Source: Podarcis bocagei
Lineage: Eukaryota
Reading direction: 5' to 3' (one strand)
Assembly: GCA_964188305.1 (NCBI GenBank)
Contig: OZ076893.1
Length of the DNA stretch: 64,000 nt
The translations under genes and the position numbers were made by a program. Below are positions 37,341 to 48,521 of the stretch, piece by piece. The number at the start of each line of letters is the position of its first letter. Positions within the stretch are counted from its first letter, which is position 1. The notes beneath the pieces are model-generated. The model was not told the origin of the DNA, searched no databases, and saw nothing but the letters and a program-made list of their open reading frames with translations.

Positions 37341-40189
37341 AAGAATCTGCTTTGAAGGTGCTTTAAAGGTATATTGTGTTTGCAGCCTAAGTATATGCAT
37401 TGGGAGTGGGCAGGCAGTCAGGTTCAGAGCATGAACTGAACCTTACTGCAATAAACATGGTTTGAAAGGAATACAGTTCCAATGCTAGATAAGCTTTGGT
37501 ACATGTCCTGAGGCTATCTCTGTGTGTGCGCACACGCAAAAACACACAGAAAGAATTGGATCTAGCTCTGCGAAGAAATCATGGCATGATGCTGCATTGG
37601 CCTCCTGCCTGAAGCTCTTGTATTTGTCTAATCTGACCTTTCTGTTCACTTTGACAACCAAATCTCCTTAAGGCCTCATCTGTGGTCTCCAAGTCCAGCA
37701 GCTAAAGTGGGTTGGGAAGAGGAAAAACCTTACATTGCGCATACACTACAATCTCTTCCAGACAACTGACTGGGGTTTTTAGTCATTTTGACTAACCATT
37801 AACTGTGCTTGCTGTTTTTATTTTTGCGAACCATGAGCTTCAGAGAGCAGATGTTTGACACATCTGTGGCAATTGTCAGATAAGACTGAAAAGGGGAAGG
37901 AAGTGAAGAAGCACCAGACGTAATAGTAGGGCATCAAAGAGCTTTCCGTTTTAAAAACAGAAACAGAAACAGAATGGCCAGCAGCATTTTCAGGAATTTC
38001 ATTTGGCTTGATCCAATGCATTCAGCAAGAAATGACTAGACATTCTCTCTCTCCCTCCATCCCCAATACTGATAGGAGTTGTCAAGACCCCTCACTGTGT
38101 TTCCTTTCCAGTACCTTTTTCAATCCAGTTGTTTTGTGACCAAGAAAACTTATACGTAATTTAAGCTCTAGCTATATTCACTGTGGGTATTTTTTATTCT
38201 CTTCACACCTGATACTCATTTCACCACCGACCTCTGGCCTCAGTGACCATTTGCAGAGATTTGCTGTTTTCAGAAGGTAATGAGTTCCCCTCCTTTTTCC
38301 TCCTCCTAAGCTCTCCTTCCTCCCAAACATTTCCCAGAAGCATCTTCAGTTCTTCATAACAGACAACTACATAATTAAGAACCGTAAAACCAACAAGCAA
38401 ATATAATTGAACCTTCTAGATGAAGAAAAGGGGAAGAAAGCTTGATAAGTATGGGACATATTCTTTCGAATAATGGAGCTGGGATTTCTCTCCCTCTATC
38501 TTTCACACTTAATTTTTGCTTATGAACAAAAGATTTTCTCAGCGCTGGAAAACGGTGATGAGCTCTATCAAATTTGCATTTTCTGTTCATTAATGGGTTG
38601 CGTTTTCTTGAACATAAAAAGATCGCCTGACTTTCAAATGGGGGAAAAAAAACTTGGGGGGAAATTCAAGCTTTTAAAAGTAAATTTAATTAATTTCCTG
38701 AAGCCTGACTGTGATATCCAGGGGTTAGTGGGAAAAATGCTAAGTCCTCATTTAAAGGTGTTCTTTCCAATCTATGAAGCCTACTTTTAAGCTATGGGCA
38801 AGAAAACACATTGAAGTATTTCCATTTGAAATAAAAACATTTTGGATCTGCCTCCCTTTTTTGTAGATTACAGAAGCTTTCTAGCTGTCTCAGTGTGTCT
38901 CTTCATGTGACAATCTTACTTGTCTTGGGTATATCAATGTTTCCTGCAGTGCATAGATGTAAAGAAAAAGTGAATGAAAAGATATATACACCCTTAAATA
39001 CTCAGGCACAGGTGTCAGGGAGCCACCAGGGGTGCACTTAGATAATTATAGATTTTGGGCTTTACTTTATTGAAACCTTTCTATCCCACCCTTCTGGTAG
39101 GAGCAGGGAAAGGAAATTCAGAGTGTGGTGATGACATTGTGTCCTACATTTTAGAGCTCTGCTCACAGGGACTCTGGATCCAAGTCGGTGTGCTTCGACA
39201 TGAGAAGGAGTTTACGTTGGTAGCTTTAGTTCAAAATTGGTTTTTAAGTGGCCGTTCCAATTTCTCCTCTCCTCCCCACTTTAATTACTAGAAGTGGTTT
39301 CTAAGTATCTGGAAGAACTTTTGATACAACCTGATTTTGAATGCATTCCAAGTCCCAGATAGACACCTATTTTAAAAGGCACAGCATGCTTGGTGCGGCA
39401 TCTTGCCAGTCAAACAGTTGCCATTTACCAGACAGCTCTAAACTATGTCTGCTACCTTCCTTTTGCTGTCAATTTGACTGATGGGACTAGCTGGGCTGTT
39501 TTTTCTTAATTCCACTGCCCAGCACCACCATGGCCAAAAAGACAAGAGAAAATTTAGCAATGGATGCTAAGACGATGCTAGAATAACAGGAATTGAATGA
39601 AGCCACTCAAGATGGATTAGAGTAGATTAGATAGCATAATACCTAGAATCGTCTGCTTTACATTCCTAAAGACAGAGAAAGCCTCTTTTGTGTGCTCTGT
39701 TTTACTGCAAGCAGGTCGAAAGATGCACGCAATTGCCAAAATAGAAATATGGTTCGGATCTCTGCTACTGTGGAGTTTGTACAAAATAATGCAGTCTGCC
39801 GGGGTAATATTACTTGGATAATATGGCACTCTGAGTGAGGACAAAATCTGCCCACTGCCACCAGTATTTCTTATTTGCTTAGTAATTCCATTTGGTATAG
39901 GACAACAAATAGCTGGTCCAAGCAGTCTGACTCAGATCAGAAGCATGGCCTAGGACAGGGGTCTGCAACCTTTAAGACAAAAAGAGCCACTTGGACCCGT
40001 TTCTGAAAAAACAACAACAACTGGGAGCCGCAAAAACATTGCAACATTTAAAACAAATATAACACTGCATATATTGTTTCTGGCCTTAATGCTATATATA
40101 CAGGATCGTGCAGTCAGCTGTCAATCTCAAGAAAAAAAGGACAAATTAATAGCTAATTAAAATATTTAATTTACAACCAGGTAACCAGG

Positions 40190-40360
40190 TTAATGGGACT
40201 TTTGCTCCTGAACCTCAGTGCTCAGTGTCTGCACATCAGGGCTGTAAGACGTCACCTTCATTTTCACACAGGCTTGCAAGCTGTCATCTGTGAGGCGTGA
40301 TCGGTGTTTGTTTTTAATATAGTTCATGTTGGAGAAGACCTGCTCACATACATATGTGGA
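40190..40360 (-). pseudogene. hAT transposase C-terminal dimerisation-domain remnant
   Basis: STYVCEQVFSNMNYIKNKHRSRLTDDSLQACV...PDVQTL...QKSH* fits the STYxCExxFS...RSRL...QxSH end of Charlie/SPIN-type transposases. Confidence 0.88.
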
Positions 40361-40493
40361 AGAGACCACAAGGGCCATCGAGTCCAACCCCCTGCCAAGC
40401 AGGAAACACCATCAGAGCACTCCTGACATATGGTTGTCAAGCCTCTGCTTAAAGACCTCCAAAGAAGGAGACTCCACCACACTCCTTGGCAGC
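40357..40493 (-). mobile_element. CR1 LINE 3'-end fragment inside the hAT element
   Basis: TGGAAGAGACCACAAGGGCCATCGAGTCCAACCCCCTGCC...CCTCTGCTTAAAGACCTCCAAAGAAGGAGACTCCACCAC is the typical antisense CR1 3' end. Confidence 0.7.
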
Positions 40494-40943
40494 AATTCAC
40501 CAAACTTTCACCTGCTTAAGTTTAAAAAGGGGCTTCAAGCAACTAAAAAGGGGCTTCAGGCAACTAACTCCACGTGGAATTCCACGCGACCGCGACTGCA
40601 TAATCAATGCCACAAAATGCCAAAGAAAATTAACCAGGGCCCCAGTGAACCATAAATCATAATCAGTGCCTGATGTAAATAATAATTAATAATGAGGGCC
40701 CAATGTCATCCTCGTCATTATAAAAATAATCCCTCTCTTCGTGCCGCCCAGCCTCCCAAGAAAAAAACCCCACTTCAAACGGTCACAAAGCACAAATTCC
40801 ACGCGACCGCGACTTGCTATGCCCAATAATCAATGCCCCAAATTGCCATAGAAAATGAATCAGGGCCCCAGTGTACCATAAATCATAATCAGTGCCTGAT
40901 GTAAATAATAATTAATAATGAGGCATTCGTCATTATAAAAATA

Positions 40944-41110
40944 CCATATTTTTCGCCCCATAGGACGCTCCGTCCCATAGGACGCACCTAGTTTTTTGGG
41001 GGGGAAATAAAGGGAAAAAATTTTCCCTTTATTTCCCCCCCAAAAGCAGGTCGGGAAAACCGAACCAGGTCGAGGAACAGCGGGATGGCGGCGCTGCGCC
41101 TCCCTGCTGT
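40944..41110. mobile_element. One end of a Tc1/mariner-superfamily element (CCGTATTTTTC-type TIR)
   Basis: TA|CCATATTTTTCGCCCCATAGGACGC... matches the reverse complement of the right end of 56265-56794. Confidence 0.7.
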
Positions 41111-41130
41111 CCCCCGAGCTTGTGGGGCTG

Positions 41131-41673
41131 GCCGATGTCTGCCCTGCGCGAGGGGCGCTCTGCATCAGGGCGCCCCCCTGCGGGGCGGCAGGCTGCTATC
41201 CGCAGCATGGGGAGCCTTGCCGGGAAGTCCGGCAAGGCTCCCCACGCTGCGGATGTCTGCCTGGCGAGGGGGGCGCTCTGCTTTAGGGCGCCCCGCCCGC
41301 CGGGCGGCAGGCTGCTATCCGCAGCGTCGGGAGCCTTGCTGGGAAGTCCGGCAAGGCTCCCCACGCTGCGGATGTCTGCCTGGCGAGGGGGGCGCTCTGC
41401 TTTAGGGCGCCCCGCCTGCTGGGCGGCAGGCTGCTATCCGCAGCGTGGGGAGCCTTGCCGGGAAGTCCGGCAAGGCTCCCCACGCTGCGGATGTCTGCCT
41501 GGCGAGGGGGGCGCTCTGCTTTAGGGCGCCCCGCCCGCCGGGCGGCAGGCTGCTATCCGCAGCGTCGGGAGCCTTGCCGGGAAGTCCGGTGAGGCTCCCC
41601 ATGCTGCGGATGTCTGCCTGGCGAGGGGGGCGCTCTGCTTTAGGGCGCCCCGCCCGCCGGGCGGCAGGCTGCT
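41131..41673. repeat. 119-bp GC/CpG-rich minisatellite, ~4.6 units, each with internal hairpins
   Basis: GGCTGCT recurs at 41191, 41310, 41429, 41548 and 41667. Confidence 0.95.
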
Positions 41674-43539
41674 CACCTCCGCCCCTCGCCTCCACCCCTC
41701 GCCTCCTCCCCTCGCCACCGCCCCGGAGCCGCAGCAAAGGCTTTAAAGAGCCGCATGCGGCTCTGGAGCCGCAGATTGCCGACCCCCGGCCTAGGAGGAG
41801 GAGCATTTGTTGTTTTGCCTCCACCATAGTCCCAATCCAAATCCAGGTCTCCCCACACCTGCTCTCTGCAATAGGGGGAAGCACCCATTGGTCCTGGGTT
41901 CAGCTCTGGGTTGTGCTGGGGGCAGGGGGTTAAAATTCTGCCCTCAGCACCATGGCCCAGATCCAGTTCAGAAGCCCAGTGCTAGTTAACTGTTTTTAAA
42001 AATTCACACAAGGCCAAACAATAAGAACCATGGGTTGTAGCCATGGCAGTCTTACTCACAGTTGACCCATTAAAGCTAATAAACAGGACTACCCACTTCT
42101 ATGCTGAGTAGGACTAGCACTGCATGCAAAACCTTATCTTTTCTGGTTTGGCCCTAAGCTGAAACAAGCACCGTGAACTAATAACCAAACTTAGATACCA
42201 AAAAACTTTCAACTCAAATTTGGGAGGCAGGTAAAAATCACCAAACTGTGTGGTGGATTTTTAATGAGGAACCTGTTGGTCTCTCCATTAAAAGAAGCAG
42301 AGCTGATTGTTCCTTTATTTTGTAAAGCCTATTTTCCCCTGAAGGCGGCGGCAAAGCAGCACCTGCCATTAACCCTGTAGGCTTTTTCTCTCCTGGACAT
42401 GGTGTTGTTCCAGAACATTATGAGGAATGAAAATGGCAGCCAACACAAAAAAGGCTCCCTCAAGTGAGGTGGCAAATGTGAGGTGGATTTCCCAGCAGCT
42501 CTAAATAACGTTATTTGGGGGAGCAAAAGTATTGTCATACTGAGTCCTATCAAAGGTCTTTCAAGATCACCATTCCAGATAGGCAGGTAGTTCAGAGCTT
42601 AACATTTAACTATTTGGAACATTTCCCATTTAACTGAAATGCATGAGTGATGACTACTTTAGATGAATGAGAACATAATAACATTAATAAAGAAATAAAG
42701 AAAAGCTTTACTAAAGAGGCAGATGGCTTAATTACTTGCAGTTTTCAGTAATACTTCCTATTGGCATTCTTAAGAACCCAGCACAAGGGAATTGTATCTA
42801 AATTCTATCATCATAATGTTTCCCCTCTGAATAAAGCAAGAACGAACTACAGAGGAGCGGTCGTTACATTGCTATGAAGTAAACTTGTTTCCCATTCAAT
42901 TGCCTGGTCAACATCTCAATGGCTCAGTTCAGAGGAAACTGGAAACCATGGTTTTAACCTTACAAGAACATGTCACTGGCAGAGTCTCTTAATCCTACAT
43001 GCATGCAGTGGCAGTAGCTGTTAGAAAAACTACAACTCCCAAGAGCTTACTAGAGAGGAAGGGGACCAAGAGATCCAATCTGTTTTCATCTCTTATCATG
43101 GCTAGAATAGTTGCTGCTATTCCCACTACACTGCCCAGTAACAATGATTTAAAAAGAAGTCAAAGAGTTTTGAGGGGAATAGGGTGTTTCTGTTAGTATT
43201 CTTCTCCAGCACAATTTTAATCTGAATTTGAGAAGAATTTGAGGGTATCATAAAGCTCATCTCTCATTTGAGAGGTTCATAAAGCTTTCCCCCTCCCTTA
43301 TATCCCAGCTGAAGATCAGAGATCTTCACCAGGATCTGCAATCGAAAATGTTATTAACACCCTGTCTTTCACAACGCTTTTTGAGATATATGTGTATTTT
43401 CATAACTTCCATAACCACCCCTCCTTGAAATTCATTTCTTGGGGTTATTTACACATGTTTTTCCAAGGAACTTGGTTGTAGCAGAGCCAAAACATTTGCC
43501 TGTAGTTCTTTAAATCCCTCCTCACAAGTAAAGCACTTC

Positions 43540-43655
43540 AAAAACTCTTGATAATTCTTTGTCATTTCTCTGAACTCCCTCCAGCCATTCAATATCTTTC
43601 TGGTAATGAGGTGTTTAGAAAGAAATGAAATATACCAAGTCTGGACTTATCGCAG
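43540..43655 (-). mobile_element. Ancient CR1-like RT 3' remnant
   Basis: CTTGATAATT...TCTCTGAACTCCCTCCAG...CAATATCTTTCTGGTAATGAGGTG resembles antisense CR1 ORF2 sequence. Heavily decayed. Confidence 0.45.
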
Positions 43656-46600
43656 TCTTTGAAAAGAATTTTGAGCATTTCATATCGAGTAGTAATGTGT
43701 TTGCGCAGTGATAAGATACAATATGACTTGCCGCACAAAGTCGTTTTTGGAAGTGGGTGGTGGCGATGGTGGAATTGCTATTTCAAAGTAATCAAGAAGC
43801 TCATATAAAATTGTTATTTTCCAATTCCAGGATTAGTGGTGCTTTGGGATAAGACTAATCTCCTGACCCCTTGGTTTATATGGCAAAGCAAGTTAAAGTG
43901 GGAGGTAAGGGCCATGTCACCAACGCACAGCAATGAGTCAAGATATCACTCTGGTTTGGCCATGTGGGATGGTGCACAGCAGCAGGGATCTCTTGAACAT
44001 CTCATGAAGCAAGAAGCTAGGGCAGTTTTATTCATCCTTGGGTCCCCAGGTGTTGCTGAACTACAACTCCCATCCTCCCTGACCATCAGCTAGGCTGCTT
44101 GGGGATGCTGGGCATTGTGGTCCAGCAACATCTGGGAGCTCAAGGGTGAAAAACATCAGAGTACTAGAATCCCATTAATATGCTGATGACACCCAGATCT
44201 TTTTTCACTTTAACACAGAATGAAGGTGAAAATGTGGACAGTCCAAACAGAAGTCTGGAGTCCATCACAGGCTGGAAACGGAGCAATAATCTCAGTATCA
44301 TTTCAAATAAGACAAAGGCACTATCCAACTGGTTATAGGATTGATTGGGACAGTGTTCTTCAACATTTGTTGCTCTGCTTCTTGCCCTGCCCACCACTGC
44401 CACCACCCAATAGAAGATTGCAAAGAAGGGAATGCGGCCCTTGGCATTCCCCACCTCAGTCTGAAGTGTCAGTGGCAATGGAATAGATTTTTATTAAAAG
44501 CTCGCTACAGCCCACAGAGCTACCACGGAGCACAGAGGCCATGTTGTGAGGAAGCAGCCCCCACATAGCAAACTGACTTAAGGAGATGCTGCCAGAAGCA
44601 TGTATATAAAAGGAAACAAATACAAGGACAGCAAATGGGTTGAAATGAAAGACTCACACAGCCAACATATGCTGCTCCTGATCAATGGCACCCTCAGCTT
44701 CTGCACACATTGCCACTGTGTTAGAGCACTAGCTCCCCTGAGTAAATGGTTTGCCCATTATAGGCATAACAGTTCTCACCCATGACATTTATGCACCTTT
44801 GAACCTAGTTATGCATACATGTGAATGTTGTAGAGTAGAATGCAAGAGGGGGCAACTACTACATCCCAAGTAGATTTCTGTTAGGGTTGATTTTACATTC
44901 CAATTTCATAAATGTGAAATGCAAAGCAAATTCAGTTTCATGTATGAAAACTGCACATCATATTTTGCGTATGGGAGAGGTTGCTCAGATCTCTCAAAGT
45001 CAACCTTAGTTCAGACAGTGGCGTGTTTTCCTTAATCCTGGTAAAGATTAAGCTTTCTGCCCTAGTTTGACTACCTGTACACAAACCTTCCTTTTGGATG
45101 ACTGATCAGTGCCCAGTAATGTCCAGACATATTCTAACCCCTATGCAGTGGTGGCACCAGAACAAAATTTCAAAAGGGAATGTGCAGAAAGAGCAAAGTA
45201 TATTTCCAGGTGGGTGAGTTGTAAGATATTGAAGGGGGGGGGAATAACAGTGTACGTTAATGGCAGGAGTCCAGCAATGGGGGACAGGCAATCAGAAATC
45301 CCTTGTGGAGGAGCAACAGTTAGTTGCCTCCTCTTTCACCCCCAAAATCTGAAGGTGCACAGAACAAGTCAACATCCAGAAAAGAAAGTGATGAATGCTC
45401 ATGTGTTTATCTTGGTGGGGTTTTTTGTGTGTTTTCAGACCCTCCTTTTAGAAAAAAAGCCACACAAAGCACAACACACAGGATCCAGAAGCCAGCATCA
45501 ACTTGAACTGAGCAAGGAAGGGAAAGAAGCCAAACATTTACTACTAAACATTCTGGTGCCAGGAGCCATGGGCATCAAGATGTCTGTCTGCTTCAATCAC
45601 AGTTTACAATTCACTGTCATCCACACCAGCCTAAGAAAAAGGAGCGGAGCTTTGGGAGTGTAAGTGCTGGAAAATATCACAGGAGGAGGGGTTGGTGGGG
45701 GCGACAAGTGGGGAGGAATCATGGCCTCAGGAAGAAAGAATGCCTGAGATTGCATGTGAAACGTCCATCACGCACATTGGCTTGGCTGAGTTGCAGGACT
45801 GATGCAGGGAGAAAGAGAGATAGGAGCTTACACCAACCCCAGCACTGCGGCTGGCCGTAATTAATGAGCTGCGATTGGGGTAGCAGACATGAGCAGATCC
45901 ATGGCAAACAGATTTTCGTTGTTCATTAAAAGTTTGAAAAGGCTCTGCTTAGAAACCGGCTAGTTGTGTCCAAGAAACTGTCAGCTGGCCTTATCAGTAT
46001 TGCCTCTCAAGTCTTGACCCGTTGCCCAGAAGTCCACAGGGTGACCTTGATCTCAGTGGCTTGCACTGGTGCAATAATATCTATAAATAATGCATTAAAA
46101 ATGGCTTTAATATGCTGGCACAATCCCATTTGACAAACTGTTTCCAGTCTCCTAAATTATTTTATTTTATTTTGCAGTCTCCGCCTGGTTTGGTGCACTT
46201 TTTAAAATTCGAAACGTCTTTGACAAAGGTTCCCTTCTTCCACTAAACATATTCGATTTTTACTATTAGATGTTATTTCAGTCATTTAATTGGTAAAAAC
46301 AGCTGAGGATTGAAATCCCAAACATGGTGAAGATTATTGCTCACCAACACAAGCATCTTTAGCTACATTTGCTTTAAACATTGTTTACTGCATATTGTGT
46401 CTTAATGGTACTTTTAATGTAACCCAGTGTTCAAAGTACTTTACAAAGCATTTAATTACATACACAAGAATACAGTTGTATACAATTATGTGCAAGGGGT
46501 GTGATGTCTAGCTGGTAAACCAAGCAACCATTATATTTTTAGATTGTTTTTCCTCATTCCACTTCAAGATTAATGTTACTTTAGGTGCATTCCTCATTTT

Positions 46601-47212
46601 GCTTTTATTCCAAAGTCTGAGTTGCCACTTCTGTACATGAGAACGCATTCCCTATATTAATCAACCAGTCTAGTCAATGATAGCATTTTTTTCAACAATA
46701 GCACTCACTAATTTAAAGTGCCTTGACTTACGATATATTAGAGCTCAGCTGATTTGTGTGTGAGAGTATGTGAATTTTGATTTTCGTGTCAAAATTTACA
46801 TGTTCAGTGAGGGAGAACATTTCATCCGACAGCTCAGCAAATCTCAAGAAATTGAATGTGTTGAAGCCCTGAACAGAAATCACATCTCAGACAGAACTGT
46901 GCAAACACTCCCAAAGGCTGCTTATAGGGCAGAACCCAGAAAAATCCCCAAACCTTGAAGAAAAGGGAGTTGTGAAAACTCAGCTTGTCTTGCCAAGCTT
47001 GCAGAAACATCCTGTTTCAAATGACCTAAAGCTTAGGAGATGCCCTTTATAAACTCTTTGAAAGCATATCTCAGTCCATGTGACTCTACTTAGGGGGTAT
47101 AGCTAGTGTGGGGCTCTTACCAGTCAGATAGGGGGAGGCATACTAACAGTATATAAAAGGGACTCTGCATAAGTTTTGGTTCAGATGTGGGGAACCTTCA
47201 GCCCTTCAGGTG

Positions 47213-47358
47213 TTAGAATCATAGAACTGGAAGTGTCCCTGAGGATCATCTAGCCCAACCCTCAGCAATGCAAGAATATGCAGCTGTCTCTTATGGGGAT
47301 CGAACCTGCAACCTTGGCATTATCAGCACCACACTCTAATCAGCTGGGCTATCCAGGT
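47213..47358 (-). mobile_element. tRNA-derived SINE with CR1-type tail
   Basis: Minus strand: ATAGCCCAGCTG...GGTTCGATCCCC...TAGATGATCCTCAGGG...TTCTATGATTCT. Relatives at 53387 and 54659. Confidence 0.75.
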
Positions 47359-47404
47359 CTCTAACTCCCATCAGCCCCAACAAGAATGGCCAGTGGTCAG
47401 CAAT

Positions 47405-47533
47405 GAACTGCTAGGTTGGCAGGAGCTGGGACCGAGCAATGGGAGTTCACCCCGCCGCAGGGATTCAAACCTCCGACCTTCTGATCAGCAAGCCCTAGGC
47501 TCTGTGGTTTAACCCACAGCGCCACCCGCCTCC
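47405..47533 (-). mobile_element. Sauria SINE 5' part only
   Basis: Matches 4599-4720. The 3' two-thirds are absent. Confidence 0.85.
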
Positions 47534-48434
47534 GCGTCTATTAGTATACTGTTAGTATGCTAGTCTACTAATGTGCTAATGTGGTCACAAGCAATATGCT
47601 TTCAAATACCAGATGCTGGAGGCAGTGCTCTTGCACCTGGGTCATACTTGTGGACTTCCCACAAGCATCTGGTTGGCCACTGCGAGAACAGGATGGCAGA
47701 CTGCATGGGCCATTGGCCTGTTCCAGCAGTGCTCTTGTTATGTTCCCTCCTCTAGAGAAAATGGACTTTGTAAAGGCTGCCAGGAAGTTCCTATCAGTTC
47801 AGTTCAAATTTATTAAAATTCCACAGACCTTCCACCATTCCTATCATTTGAAGAAGAGGAGCGGAAAACAAAATATAACAATTTAATTGTTTACCATTGT
47901 TTTATTCTCCTTTATTTGTCCTTATTCTGTTCGTTTGGGTATTAAAGTTGGCAAATTCAGATTATTATGTTCATGCTTTTACAAATGTCCAAAAGAGATT
48001 AAGCAGTCTGCCCAAGGTCAACCAGAACTACTCCTGCAGAGGTCGTAGATATCCAGAGGAGAGCCTGAATTGTACAGTAGAAAAATACGCCCCTTCTGCC
48101 AATGTTTTTCAAAAGAAACTGCCAAACTCTGATGGCAGCTCTTCATGCCACAGTAAATTTGGCTGGGCAGTCCACAATCTCATTTATCCTAATGACCTGG
48201 GAGACCTGCAAAACAGTGCATCTATCAATTTGAATAAATTGACTAGCTATTTCCATCAGGTTGCATTGACCCAGCAACCCGCTTTGAAGTTGAACCGCAG
48301 AATTTGGGAAACTGACACTGGAGGCAGGCAATGGCTCTTAAGAGAGTATGATAAGAGGCATTTTCTCCCCAAGGTTATTTCCCCACTTATTTCATTTCAA
48401 ATGAATCCCTAAAGGCCAAGGAAGGCTTTTTGGA

Positions 48435-48454
48435 CATCATCATCATCATCATCA

Positions 48455-48509
<55 letters not shown>

Positions 48510-48521
48510 CATCATCATTAT
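48435..48521. repeat. (CAT)n(TAT)n(CAT)n microsatellite
   Basis: Read directly from the sequence. Confidence 0.95.

Larger units (their letters stand above)
39956..41788 (-). mobile_element. Composite non-autonomous hAT (Charlie-like) element
   Basis: Perfect 8-bp TSD GCCTAGGA (39948-39955, 41789-41796) and imperfect TIRs. Both ends are related to 7115-7444, and the element contains a transposase remnant. Confidence 0.88.

Noticed and set aside
40190-40387. Exon of a domesticated transposase gene (GTF2IRD2/ZBED-like)
   Set aside because: Enclosed by TIRs and a TSD and truncated by a CR1 fragment.
41131-41673. CRISPR-like array of palindromic repeats
   Set aside because: No unique spacers, no cas genes, and the context is vertebrate.
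41029-41933. Cluster of long overlapping ORFs on both strands
   Set aside because: Artefact of the GC-rich 119-bp repeat.
45109-45663. 184-aa ORF
   Set aside because: No recognisable motif, and it runs through homopolymer-rich sequence.
47897-48412. 171-aa ORF
   Set aside because: No recognisable domain, non-ATG start and no convincing splice context.
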